From Octopus bimaculoides (Eukaryota), in contig NC_068997.1 in the NCBI RefSeq assembly GCF_001194135.2, forward strand, positions 872,054 through 936,053: a DNA stretch of 64,000 nt, written 5' to 3'. Below the pieces are notes generated by a model. That model made no database searches, was not told the DNA's origin, and saw nothing but the letters and a program-made list of their open reading frames with translations. Position numbers and translations under genes: made by a program. Shown here piece after piece: positions 1 to 12,270 of this stretch. Position 1 is the stretch's first letter; each line of letters begins with the position of its first letter.

Positions 1-93
1 TATATATACGGTCACACATACACATGTATAATTACATATATACATACATATATATATACATGTTATATATATACTCATACTCGTACATGCGGC

Positions 94-132
<39 letters not shown>

Positions 133-345
133 GAATATATATATATATATATTATTTCATTAGGAACAATATTTTGCTGACATCAACTTCTCCATAAATA
201 TCTGATTTAAATATACAATATTTATATGTATTTTATGTGTATTTAGTTTGGCATAAAGACACCGTAGTTAACCATATTGAGCCACTACTGGACAAACAGA
301 ATAAGTAAATCTGCTTGAAGCCTAACACACACATACACGCATACA

Positions 346-376
<31 letters not shown>

Positions 377-1373
377 CTATTTATCTATCCATCCATCTAT
401 CTATCTATCTATATNNNNNNNNNNNNNNNNNNNNNNNNNNNNNNNNNNNNNNNNNNNNNNNNNNNNNNNNNNNNNNNNNNNNNNNNNNNNNNNNNNNNNN
501 NNNNNNNNNNNNNNNNNNNNNNNNNNNNNNNNNNNNNNNNNNNNNNNNNNNNNNNNNNNNNNNNNNNNNNNNNNNNNNNNNNNNNNNNNNNNNNNNNNNN
601 NNNNNNNNNNNNNNNNNNNNNNNNNNNNNNNNNNNNNNNNNNNNNNNNNNNNNNNNNNNNNNNNNNNNNNNNNNNNNNNNNNNNNNNNNNNNNNNNNNNN
701 NNNNNNNNNNNNNNNNNNNNNNNNNNNNNNNNNNNNNNNNNNNNNNNNNNNNNNNNNNNNNNNNNNNNNNNNNNNNNNNNNNNNNNNNNNNNNNNNNNNN
801 NNNNNNNNNNNNNNNNNNNNNNNNNNNNNNNNNNNNNNNNNNNNNNNNNNNNNNNNNNNNNNNNNNNNNNNNNNNNNNNNNNNNNNNNNNNNNNNNNNNN
901 NNNNNNNNNNNNNNNNNNNNNNNNNNNNNNNNNNNNNNNNNNNNNNNNNNNNNNNNNNNNNNNNNNNNNNNNNNNNNNNNNNNNNNNNNNNNNNNNNNNN
1001 NNNNNNNNNNNNNNNNNNNNNNNNNNNNNAAATTAACTACCAACAAAAATAATTGGTAAGCTAACTCAAAAAATCATCACCAAAATAGCAGAAAAAAACG
1101 ACAGTGAAGATATGTAGACTCTTCAAGAATCGATCCTTTGGTTATATTAATAACGCAAAAACGTATATATTCAAATGAACATATTTATCTTCTTCAATAT
1201 ATATTTAAGTATAAAGAATTCATTAAGAGACTTAATAAATCAAAATTTCTTTACACATCTCCAGGAATAAATATAACATCAGAAAAACTACATTCGTTTT
1301 AAAAATACAAACCGTTCATGTCGAAAAAATTTCACAATTACAAAAACCGAACAAAATTTTTAATATAATAAAC

Positions 1374-1407
<34 letters not shown>

Positions 1408-2054
1408 AAATGATATGTGAGCATATGCATATATACATACATATATGTACATACCTGCACCTACATGTATATATAGATGCATATCCGAGTACAGGACGTC
1501 AAAAAAACGTGGATAAAAAAGGAACGGGAAATTAAACAAAGCACAAAAAACGAACTTTTTTTACAGACAACAGAATGATCACGTAGGAAAACAGACAAGC
1601 CACGTATGGAACTTTTCCTTCATCAGCTGCCTCTATTCTAAACTAGGCGTTTCGAAGATGAGGCAGAATGCGCTCTTAGAATAGCTCTTCCCGCAAAGCA
1701 AATTAAATAAAACCTGCTATACGGAGGATTCCAAAGAGGCAAATAAAAACAGCGTAAACTAATCAGTGAAAACAACGTTGAGAGCCGTTAAGCCGAACTA
1801 GATGAGATACTGAATGCTGTGATGTGACGAACTTAGCAGAGAGAGATGGCAGTTCGTGTTGCTTTTATGCTGGCCGAATGGAGAAAGGAAGAGGTGACCA
1901 CAGGTCACGTATGATCAACGAGGAGTGGTAGAGAGAGGAAAAGGGAGGAAGTTGAACATAGGTGAGCGATGAGAGACAGGGAGGAGAGTAAGAGAGAGAT
2001 AAAGCAGTGAAGGGGAGAAGCAAGGACAACGAAAGGAAGCAGAACGAGACGGGG

Positions 2055-2132
<78 letters not shown>
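2055..2132 (+). repeat. (GATA)n microsatellite; representative of many (GATA)n, (TG)n, (TA)n, (ATT)n and (CAT)n tracts
   Basis: Read directly; other examples at 6713-6775, 7018-7071, 8230-8320, 21215-21263 and 61794-61855. Confidence 0.95.
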
Positions 2133-2133
<1 letters not shown>

Positions 2134-3136
2134 GTGCGCGTCAGAAATATAAATTTAAAACTTACTTGCAAATGGACACGTGGCGTTCGATAATATAATA
2201 ATACAAATGATATANNNNNNNNNNNNNNNNNNNNNNNNNNNNNNNNNNNNNNNNNNNNNNNNNNNNNNNNNNNNNNNNNNNNNNNNNNNNNNNNNNNNNN
2301 NNNNNNNNNNNNNNNNNNNNNNNNNNNNNNNNNNNNNNNNNNNNNNNNNNNNNNNNNNNNNNNNNNNNNNNNNNNNNNNNNNNNNNNNNNNNNNNNNNNN
2401 NNNNNNNNNNNNNNNNNNNNNNNNNNNNNNNNNNNNNNNNNNNNNNNNNNNNNNNNNNNNNNNNNNNNNNNNNNNNNNNNNNNNNNNNNNNNNNNNNNNN
2501 NNNNNNNNNNNNNNNNNNNNNNNNNNNNNNNNNNNNNNNNNNNNNNNNNNNNNNNNNNNNNNNNNNNNNNNNNNNNNNNNNNNNNNNNNNNNNNNNNNNN
2601 NNNNNNNNNNNNNNNNNNNNNNNNNNNNNNNNNNNNNNNNNNNNNNNNNNNNNNNNNNNNNNNNNNNNNNNNNNNNNNNNNNNNNNNNNNNNNNNNNNNN
2701 NNNNNNNNNNNNNNNNNNNNNNNNNNNNNNNNNNNNNNNNNNNNNNNNNNNNNNNNNNNNNNNNNNNNNNNNNNNNNNNNNNNNNNNNNNNNNNNNNNNN
2801 NNNNNNNNNNNNNNNNNNNNNNNNNNNNNNNNNNNNNNNNNNNNNNNNNNNNNNNNNNNNNNNNNNNNNNNNNNNNNNNNNNNNNNNNNNNNNNNNNNNN
2901 NNNNNNNNNNNNNNNNNNNNNNNNNNNNNNNNNNNNNNNNNNNNNNNNNNNNNNNNNNNNNNNNNNNNNNNNNNNNNNNNNNNNNNNNNNNNNNNNNNNN
3001 NNNNNNNNNNNNNNNNNNNNNNNNNNNNNNNNNNNNNNNNNNNNNNNNNNNNNNNNNNNNNNNNNNNNNNNNNNNNNNNNNNNNNNNNNNNNNNNNNNNN
3101 NNNNNNNNNNNNNNNNNNNNNNNNNNNNNNNNNNNN

Positions 3137-3169
<33 letters not shown>

Positions 3170-3322
3170 TGTCTGTCTGTCTGTCTGTGTGTGTGTGTGT
3201 GTGTGTGTACGTGTGTGTGTGATGGGTGTCTACTCGTTAGACGGTCATGACCATCGCTGATAGGTGCGAAGTATCAGCAATACCCATACAAAGGTTTTAA
3301 GTTAAGTGGGGCTTGCACATAA

Positions 3323-3722
3323 ATGGGTCACAACATTCAAAGGCATTCAAAAGCCAACGGCATGTGCCACTTCAGGATTCTATGACTATTGCCGGTCATA
3401 TAGATAAATAACTGGGTGACCTTACCTTTTGTACTTACCCCCAAAACCTATTGTTGAATAGAATTAACAGATAAAAGAAACTAACTGTATCTTAGTTGTA
3501 GGGGCGAGACGCTTCGCTATCTGATTACCCTTCTATCCCATCTTCTAACCGCCATCATTGCTATAAATTTTCGGTACCCGCTACCCACGCATGACATCGT
3601 GTTTTCACCTATAATTCTACCAAACTGTACTAACAAATTCATTTTATAACCGGCGAGGGTCATAGAAATATGAAGTGACATATGCCGTTGGCTTTTGAAT
3701 GTCTTTGAATGTTGTGATTCAT
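3323..3722. mobile_element. MITE-like element with about 85-bp terminal inverted repeats
   Basis: TCACAACATTCAAAGGCATTCAAAAGCCAACGGCATGTGCCACTTCA... at 3328 and its imperfect reverse complement ending about 3720; non-coding interior. Confidence 0.65.
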
Positions 3723-4074
3723 GTACTCACCTGATAAAAACGGTTTTTTCTAATGGTATAATGTCTCCATTAATCAATTAAAAATTCGTTGGAAACAGCT
3801 GTAGGGAATTGATACATTACCTGTCTATTGTTATTCATTTAAACATTATTCACCTCACTCGGAACCTGCTCCTTGAGTAGATCCGAAATATATTATGGAC
3901 CGTACGTTTAGTGCTGTGTGCGTTTCCTGATTATGCTCGTGATATACTCAGTGGGTACAGTTAATCGTGTACTTCAGTATGTATTCTTCTATTTTTGTTG
4001 TGTACATATTATTTTAGTTTTCGACCTGACCCGGTGCCTTACCATTTAAGTGCCTGATTTACTTGAACCATGAT

Positions 4075-4270
4075 CTACTATATCTACTACATATGTGCGA
4101 AATTCTGTCTGTGGGTGTATTTGTAGAGTTGTTAGCTAACTCCTACATCGTTTTATCGATTTTGATGAAACTTGACACGTGAGTAGAACTCGTGTCTGGA
4201 AACCTCGTGACATACTCACATTGTTGAAAAAATCGATAATAGGGCCCCTGGAAGGGATCCTTTAATATAT
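4075..4270 (+). mobile_element. Helitron-like non-autonomous 5' fragment
   Basis: TCTACTATA...GCGAAATTCTGTCTGTG...ATCGATTTTGATGAAACTTG; the motifs recur in the Helitron-like copies at about 36130 and 56330-56770. Confidence 0.45.
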
Positions 4271-6711
4271 CTAGTACTCCTGAGTATTCCTTAACTACCC
4301 TATCTATGATATAGTGTATTAGATGGAGGTTGTCGTGGATACTCCTACCCGGCACGGCTCACGTTTGCGCCTTGTTGACCAGTTTCTCGATGACAAGCGC
4401 CAACTTCACGGCTAACACCTTGGCCAAAATCTTCAAATCTGCGTTGAGCAGAGTGATGGGCCTGAAGTTATCTATGACGTTCCCTTTGTTTGGATCTTTC
4501 TTTAATTGTGCCACCGCTCTTCGCTTTACAGAAACGTGGATACTCCCGTTTTGCTGCCAGTTGCAGTAGACAGCTGCCAAGACGCCTCCAAACAAGTCTG
4601 GCATATGACAATAAAGTTCGTAAGGCAGACAGGCTATGCAGGTAGACACTAAAGTCTACTCTGCGTTCTGACCCACCAGTTGTCCCGAACAGTCGGGCAA
4701 AGTGTTGTTGAAAGGCCTCACACATCCTTTCAGGCTCGAGTAATTCGCGCCCCTGCTCATCTGTCAGAGACCTAAGGGTGGCTTTGTTGCCTCGTTGCGC
4801 CTCCGTCACTCGGGCCTCTCAGGCGGCTCCAACTCCTTCATTCTTCAGAGCACGCATTCTAGCTCTAACAACGCATCCTTCGTGTTTGGTGTTGAAGTGT
4901 TTGTCGAAGGCCAACCTCGCCGCCAGTACGTTGGACGCGATGCCAATTCTAAGTGCCTCTTCTAATTTCTTAACTAGGTCTCCCGCTATTCTATTTCGGT
5001 CTAATGCTAAGGCCTTACTTTACCTAACCGATTCTGCTTTAATTGCTTTCTTTAGGGCATACCACCATCTATAATTGACGATGGCGCCCGTCAATGCTCT
5101 CTTAACTAATGCGCTAATCCGGTCCCTGTAAGCCTGGCGTGCCGTGAACGACGCGTTCAGCTTCCAGTAACCGGGACCTTGTCTATGTGTCTTATCTAAA
5201 GCAAGTGTACAAGTCACGAATTTGTGATCTGTGTAGCTGACTGTATGGAATTGTGGACAACCTACACTATCTTTATCCACTGTCCTACAGAATACTTCAT
5301 CTAAATACGATCTGGACGACCCGATGTGGTTGTTCCATGTCCACATTCGCACATTCAGGTGGTCCAGTCAAAACCAGTGAGACAGTTGGAAACGTCTGAG
5401 CAGGTCTTTGAAGCATTTACATCCCCTCCTATTACTATCTCTGCCCACGTGGTCTAGATGCGTGTCCAAGGTAGCTTTCCAATCCCCAACTAAAAGTAAA
5501 GGTCGAGACGTTCCCAGGAAAAACCTCCAGACGTCTTTGGTTTTCTCATCTTCTTTTGGAGTTGTTGTTGTTGGTGGTGGTGATAGTGTTGTTTCTGTTC
5601 TTGGTGGCGCTGGTCGTGGTGTTGTTTGGTTGGGCTGGCTTGATTGCTGATTTTCCTTCATTTGTTTGTAGAGCTGTCTAATTAGTTGTTCATATGGCGG
5701 TGTGGGTAACAGTGCTGGTTTTTATCTCGGTTTTTGGTTTTTCTTGTGGTTGTTGTTGTTCGTGATCTTATTGTTGTCGTTGTTTTTTATGTTGTTTCTG
5801 TGCTAGTAGGCAACTGATTTTCAGGTGTGATTTGCTACCACAAACGTAGCAACGTGGCTTTCTGCCTTCGACGGCCACAGGCAAACTCGAATCGTCTGTC
5901 AGTTTGATTTGATGTGGAATTTTTTCGAAATTGATCGGATCGATTCGAACAAGGATTTCAATTCCTTGACCAATCCAATTTTGCTGGTCCAGGACAGCGA
6001 TTTCCAAGATATGGATTTCGTCCTCAATGTCGCAACAATATCGTGGCAAATTTGTTTCCCCTCGTGATGTAGTCTTTAAAGGCCCATATGGGCCTTAAAC
6101 ATTTTTCTACTTTTTCTTGATTGGCCGTGTCGTATAGTTTTGTTTTTAGATTGAGTGTCTTGTAAATAATCGGGGTTTCTTCCCGATTTTTTCTGTGATG
6201 TTTTGTGGTGTCTGTAGTCGCATGGTGTGTGCGTCTTTTTTAAACATTGCCTTGCAGGCAGTCAGTTCTTCCCTGGAAAAGGACATGATTTTTTTTCTTC
6301 AGCTTTAAAGCTGCGGCAAAATCGTCTTGAGTGTTCGTGTTGGTTGTGTTGGTGATGGCGGTAGTGGTGGTGGCAGTGTTTATAGTAGTGCATGTATTTG
6401 CTGCTTTGTATCTTCTAGAGTCTGTGGGCGTTCAAGTGGAACGACTGGCTTCGGTAGAGGCGGGAAGTCAATGGCATGCTGGTTCGGTTTAGCCATTTTC
6501 GTTTAGAATATGGCAAGGAGACCGAAGAAAATTTTTTTAATTTTGGAAATTTATCCCAAGTGGGGTAATTTCTTATTACAAGATTTACTGGGGTTGATGG
6601 AGATGGTGTTAGAGATCTCTTTCACAAAATATATTCCACAAATAAACAGTTTTTCGACACAAAAAAGCCAACTTACTTGGAGCCAATTTTTCTACAGTCC
6701 ATTCACGTCAG

Positions 6712-6712
<1 letters not shown>
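4270..6712 (-). mobile_element. Degenerate L1/Tx1-clade non-LTR retrotransposon (5' UTR, ORF1, partial endonuclease, RT start); 3'-truncated
   Basis: ORF1 start MAKPNQHAIDFPPLP at 6496; CCHC knuckle VEGRKPRCYVCGSKSHLKISC (about 5820-5860); APE endonuclease motifs LVGDW, WTW...SYLD, TDHK, GPGYWKLN; RT start NFRPITLLNADLKILAKVLA and PGRSIHDNL; stops and frameshifts throughout. Confidence 0.85.
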
Positions 6713-6774
<62 letters not shown>

Positions 6775-6776
<2 letters not shown>

Positions 6777-6920
6777 CATTTCTTTTATTAGCCACACAGG
6801 GCTCAACGAAGATGGGACAAATACAATGTAGAGCTTTTCTTTTTGGGAGGGGGAAAAAAGGGATCGTAGGAAAAAAGGGATCGTAGGAAGGAAAAGGGGG
6901 TGGATCGATCAAAAGGGATC
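6775..6920 (-). mobile_element. LINE-like 3' terminal fragment with AATAAA and (TATC)n tail
   Basis: Minus strand reads ...TGTATTTGTCCCATCTTCGTTGAGCCCTGTGTGGCTAATAAAAGAAATG followed by (TATC)n. Confidence 0.5.
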
Positions 6921-6929
6921 AAAAAAAAA

Positions 6930-6961
<32 letters not shown>

Positions 6962-7018
6962 GTAAGTAGGTTGGCAGACAGGCAGACAGACAGACAGATA
7001 TCAATGTGAATTGAAGTT

Positions 7019-7073
<55 letters not shown>

Positions 7074-7099
7074 GACAGTTTGAGTTGCCTTTCTAGATT

Positions 7100-7480
7100 A
7101 AGGGCAATAGAAGAAAGAATTAAAAGAGAGACAGAGAAGGGTAGTAGAAAGAGGAGAAGATGAGAGAGAAGAAAGAGGGAAGGAAGAGACAGAAGGAAGA
7201 GGTTTGGAGAAATAAATGAAATAAAAAAAAGAAGGAAATAAGAGAATAAAAAAGGAAGAGGACAGAAAATAAAGAAAAGAGGACAGAGAGAGAGAAAAAT
7301 TTGAAGAGGAAGAGAAGGTAATATGAAGAGAAAAAGAGAAAAGGAAAATAGAGCTGAAGATAGGAAAGGAGCAGGGGAAGAGAATGAGCTTGAAAGAGAG
7401 AAGAGGGGGGAGATGAAGAGAGTGAGAGGAGGAGGAGGAGGAGAAGAAGAGAAAGAAAAAGATGATGGAGGACATTATGA
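7100..7480. repeat. Purine-rich (GA) low-complexity tract
   Basis: Almost exclusively A/G on the + strand; the overlapping ORF is a compositional artefact. Confidence 0.8.
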
Positions 7481-7784
7481 GATATTTGAGTTGTAACAGT
7501 GAAAGGTTTCTTACCTAACTCCTTAATTTCCGAGGGGAAATTTCCAGGAAATAAAATGTGTTTTTGTGGGTTGGTGTGGCAGATGTTCCATTGGTGCTTG
7601 GGTACATCTAGTTACTGTTAGAATTTTAAGTACATCAGCAAATCCTTTTTCATTCTCGACTCCTCTGTCGTCATCACATTCACGCACGCGCACGCACACA
7701 CAGACACACACAGACACACACAAACACACGCACACACACACACGCACGCACACACGAACACACACACACACGCACACACACACG

Positions 7785-7816
<32 letters not shown>

Positions 7817-8265
7817 GTGTAATGACGACCATCATTTTATAATTCTGTCGCCAATTCTAACCATATCTTTACAACCCATTGCCTGCGCAGATGGAAAAAC
7901 GATAAAAATTTCCAATATTATTAAATATTGCGTAGTTTTCTTGACATTTTGCGATTTCACAGACTGGAAGGTTGTGTAGAAGAGGATGAAATTACAGCGG
8001 AAACCCACGGGTAATGGTGTTGGAGAGAGGTTTGCAATGGTTAGCAAATATATTTTACTTGAAGTATCATCCGACCAGCGATAGTAAAACCATAGAATTG
8101 TCGTTTAACAACACTGAATGGCTTTGTTGACCTGCTCCGTCTTTATGTTCCTCCTGTCAACGATGATGATGGTGGTGGTGGTGGTGGTCGAAGTAGTAGC
8201 AATAATTGTAGCTGAGTTTCGCGATTATTATCATCATCATCATCGATATCATCATCATCATCGAT

Positions 8266-8296
<31 letters not shown>

Positions 8297-8906
8297 CCAT
8301 TATTATTATCATCATTATTATTATACCCTGGTACAGTACCAGGCAGTGGCTTCCATGCCTTTTGATCTTAAATGTTTGGAAGTTTTATCATGTACGTTGT
8401 TTTGCCTTCGTGTAAAAGATGGACTACAGCAAATATTCTGCTCAATACCACAGATTTGCTTGTCAGTTGTTTGATCTTAACCAGTTGAGTATGTCCCTCG
8501 GTGGCTGATGATGATATGTGCATCTCTGATCATGAGCAGAAGTAGTGGGGAAGCAACATAGCCATGTGTTGAGAGGAATTCTTTGGGGTTTAGATAATTC
8601 ACCTCTGGAAACATGGGTGTTTCATTCATCATCCTTAAACAAACCTTATTCAGGGACCTTTTGAGCGGGATGTGCTACTCGACCTAAAAAAAATTCTAAA
8701 TAGGCCTCACCTGCAAGGTCATGCGCTGTTTACCTTGATATGAGGTTACCATGTCGCGCACATATGGTGGTGATGCACGTACCTCATGTACCCTTATGAG
8801 GTGGATAATCATGATGGATAGGGTTAGGGCTTCGTATATTAGTGCACCTTCATCATCATTCATCATTGTTGAGTGAAAGAATTGCTAAAAATATTATTAA
8901 TATTTT

Positions 8907-9040
8907 GAGGGCGGGAGATGGCAGAATCGTTAGCACGGCTGGCAAAATGCTTGGCGGTATTTCGTCCGTCTTCACATTCTGAGTTTAAATTCCGCTGAGG
9001 GCCACTTTGCTTCTCATCCTTTCGGGGTCAATAAAATAAG
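8907..9040 (+). mobile_element. SINE family B copy
   Basis: GGCAGAATCGTTAGCAC...AAATGCTT..CGGTATTTCGTC...CTGAGTT.AAATTCCGC; related copies at 16475-16693(-), 28628-28735(+), 36900-37080(+), 44405-44540(-). Confidence 0.75.
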
Positions 9041-9179
9041 TTGTCGAGTATGAAATTTGTAGAAAAGAAAAAATGTTTGCCAATGTTTTATAAATACAAG
9101 GAAGAGTTTTATTCATCAAAGTATGCACCCACATTGTCAATACACTTTTGCCATTTCAGTGGTAGCTAGTCCAGCATGG

Positions 9180-9960
9180 AACGGTAGAAGCCTGGCAATC
9201 TAGAGTCAATAAAATCTTGGAAGTCCTGTTTTGGACAGACTACTGTTTGTTTCAGATCTTGCAACTATTCAGCATCCTTCTTGTGCTGCTTGTCTTTGCT
9301 CCAGATGTCACTCTAAACCTTTGACTTTCAATGCTATCTGGTATCAACTTTTCATCTGTACACTCTCCATTTATTTCTTTGTAGAATTTCTTCTGATCTA
9401 CTCTGAATAACCTATTCTGCTGGTGACCTTTCATTCTTAGGTCGTGTCTTACCATCTTTGCTTTCTTTGCAACGAGGCGCTGTTTCAGTTCCTCCATTAC
9501 CACTTTCAGGCCCTTTCTTTCAATATTATACTTCCTGTTCAGTGCCCTGTATTTTTGTTCGCTTTTAAGCTTCCCCTTCTATTTTCGGTCTAACACATAA
9601 ATGTCCTTCGAGGGCACATCTANNNNNNNNNNNNNNNNNNNNNNNNNNNNNNNNNNNNNNNNNNNNNNNNNNNNNNNNNNNNNNNNNNNNNNNNNNNNNN
9701 NNNNNNNNNNNNNNNNNNNNNNNNNNNNNNNNNNNNNNNNNNNNNNNNNTATATATATATATATATATTTCTTTTTTTTTCTTCACATCAACACTCACAT
9801 TTTCTGCTACAACAATACTTGCTGCCTTGATCAAATTATTTGTTTCTGTGATTTTTTTGTTTTGATGTATTTCAGAATTTCATTCACACTTTTTGTTTCT
9901 TAGTTCAATTCCACCGGTCATCCTTTTTAAAGATGCAAATAATGTCGCTATCGTTCTACA
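9180..9960 (-). mobile_element. Non-LTR retrotransposon fragment (R4/Dong-like region N-terminal to RT)
   Basis: ITETNNLIKAASIVVAE...EELKQRLVAKKAKMVR...QNRLFRVDQKKFYKEING...PDSIESQRF; interrupted by a gap and frameshifts; clade assignment from memory of the motif. Confidence 0.55.
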
Positions 9961-10480
9961 AACGAACGAAGAGTATTCACGATTGAAGAAGCACAACATC
10001 TCTTCAAATTTGGAATTGAAACTCAAAACTGTAAAGATATAGTTTCATATTGCTTTCATCTCTATGTATGGATGGGCTAATGTGGGTTGTTGTTTAGTTG
10101 ATATATTTTTGAAAATATACGAATGTGTGACGTGTGCGTATGTGGGCGATTTAAACACACACACGCACACACACAAAATATGTGCGTGTGTGTATGCGTG
10201 TGCAAATGTAATCAGAATATCTATATTATATACATCAAGTTTACATTCCCATTCACATGTCTATCTATTGTGTGTGTAGGGGGGGGGGGGTAAAAATACA
10301 GTTAGCAGGAGTCAAGTTTGAGGTAAAAGGGAAGAAACACAAAATATGCCATGCAAAGTCACACAGGCGAAAGCACGTGCCTGAAAAGTGTAGAAATATA
10401 AAGCGTAAAACAATAAACAAAGAAATGTACAATGAAGCTTAATGCAGCAAAGGAAGAAAGAGGAGAGAATCTGACGGTTC

Positions 10481-10504
10481 GGGTTAGGGTTAGGGTTAGG
10501 GTTA
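10481..10504 (+). repeat. Interstitial telomeric repeat (GGGTTA)4
   Basis: GGGTTAGGGTTAGGGTTAGGGTTA read directly. Confidence 0.85.
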
Positions 10505-11886
10505 AAAAAAAAAGGACAGAAACAGAACTGAGAAGCAAGGGAGAACACACAAAAAAGAAGTGTATTCACATGGCAGATGTTAGGTAGAATGAGAGGGAAA
10601 ATGGAAACACAATCTGGGTCCCAATGAGATTAAATGGAGAAAGAGAGAGAAAATGTAAAAAGAGGGAAAGGGAAAGAGGAGAAAAGGCGAGGGAAAAAGA
10701 CTGGGGTTGTGGAAAGCTCATAATACCGGTGTTTGTGTGTAGGATATTCTTGCTAAGAAGGGTGTCTATACGCAATGTATTTAAGTGATACGTTATGGTG
10801 TGGGATAGCAATTTAGAGGCATGCGATGAAGTGTACATCAGTGAGTCTGTGAGTACACACATGAAAAGGTTATCTACACCCGCATGCCAAAGTAGCCCGT
10901 GGTACGGTTACTCTGTATGGATGTAGAGATGCATAAAAGGATGTATGTGGATCTGTGAAATGGGAATAAGGCTACAGTGGAATTTAAACACAGAATATAA
11001 AGAGTCATAAATAATGCAAGGCATGTCTGACATTCCCACCAGTCTACAGTCCTACACTGGCAATTTTATCAACCCCTGAAGAATGAGAGTTGACAACAGT
11101 GGTTTGAAAATAAAATATATTCGCCAAGGCATTTTCATCCAACAGTAACGACTTAGTTACTTTATCTTACGAAAATGAATTCAACCACATTGAATGATTC
11201 TGAAACTAGCATCATGGATTGACTGATTTCTATAACTGTCAACAATGGTTCTGTCCGTACTGGCTGACACGCCACCAGCATACTAGATAAACCGTTTTGC
11301 TATACGCAACACTGCCCACTGTATCTACTTCTCCCTCTTTTGATTCTTCTTTCTTGCTCCCCCCGCCCCTACTGCACCTTCATTTTCCTCTCTCTCTCTC
11401 CCTCCTATCACTATACGTATCCACCCTCTTGATCTCCCCCACATATACTCCTTTAATTTTTTCTTTTTTATTTCCTCCCAATATTCTCTTAACAAGGTCT
11501 AAAAAACGCACAATGTAATAGCACACCTTTGATGCAAGTCTGAGGAAGTGCCTCTCCAGTGTCTAAAACCGCAAACATTACGAGATTTGTCTTTTAGAAT
11601 TTTCGCGTAAACTGGCGTTGCTAATGGAGATAGTACGGAAACATTTGTAACTTATAATTAAAGATGTCTTAAATAATTTTCTTGGTCTTCTTTCCATGAG
11701 ATTATTTACTCTTCGCCAAACTATATGACAATATAATCATCGTGAAACTTGGATTTTCTACACCAGAAGTATCCCGACAATGGCTTGGATCCCGACAATG
11801 TTGATAGCCCGGTATTCGGGTTGAGTGCTTCTCTGGAAATACCCCAACTTCACACCCAAGCTGACCGTAGTCATTTGCTCTCTCTT

Positions 11887-11919
<33 letters not shown>

Positions 11920-11921
11920 GT

Positions 11922-12270
11922 AATTTTACTTGTTCAGTCATTTGACTGGGGCCATGCTGGGACACCGCCTTTAGTCGAAGAAATCGACCCCTGGACTTAT
12001 TCTTTGTAAGCCGGGTACTTATTCTATCGGTCTCTTCTACCGAGCAGCTAAGTTACGGGGACCACACCAAACCGGTTGCCAAGCGATGGGTGGGCAAACA
12101 CAGACACAAATACATATATGTACAACGGGCTTCTTTCTGTTTCCGTCAACCATACCCACTTACAAGGCTTTGGTCAGCCCGAGGCTATAGTAGACGACAC
12201 TTGCCCAACGTGCCACACAATGGGACTGAACCCGGAACCATATGGTTGGGAAGTAAGCTTCTTAACACAC
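11922..12270 (-). mobile_element. SINE family A copy
   Basis: Shares GGGCAAGTGTC..CTACTATAGCCTCGGG and GAATAAGT..C..GGGGTCGATTT..TCGACTAAAGGCGGTG segments with the other copies. Confidence 0.75.

Noticed and set aside
1590-1680. Hammerhead-like words CUGAUGA and GAAAC on the minus strand
   Set aside because: The boxes are in permuted order but stems II and III cannot be closed properly; not a well-formed ribozyme
315-3250. Long ORFs spanning N runs (also near 13.6k, 27k, 28k, 32k, 35k, 45k, 46.5k, 54.5k and 61.4k)
   Set aside because: They are open only because N codons contain no stops; the flanks are microsatellites
8118-8474. Poly-His ORF
   Set aside because: (CAT)n/(TAT)n microsatellite flanked by dispersed repeats
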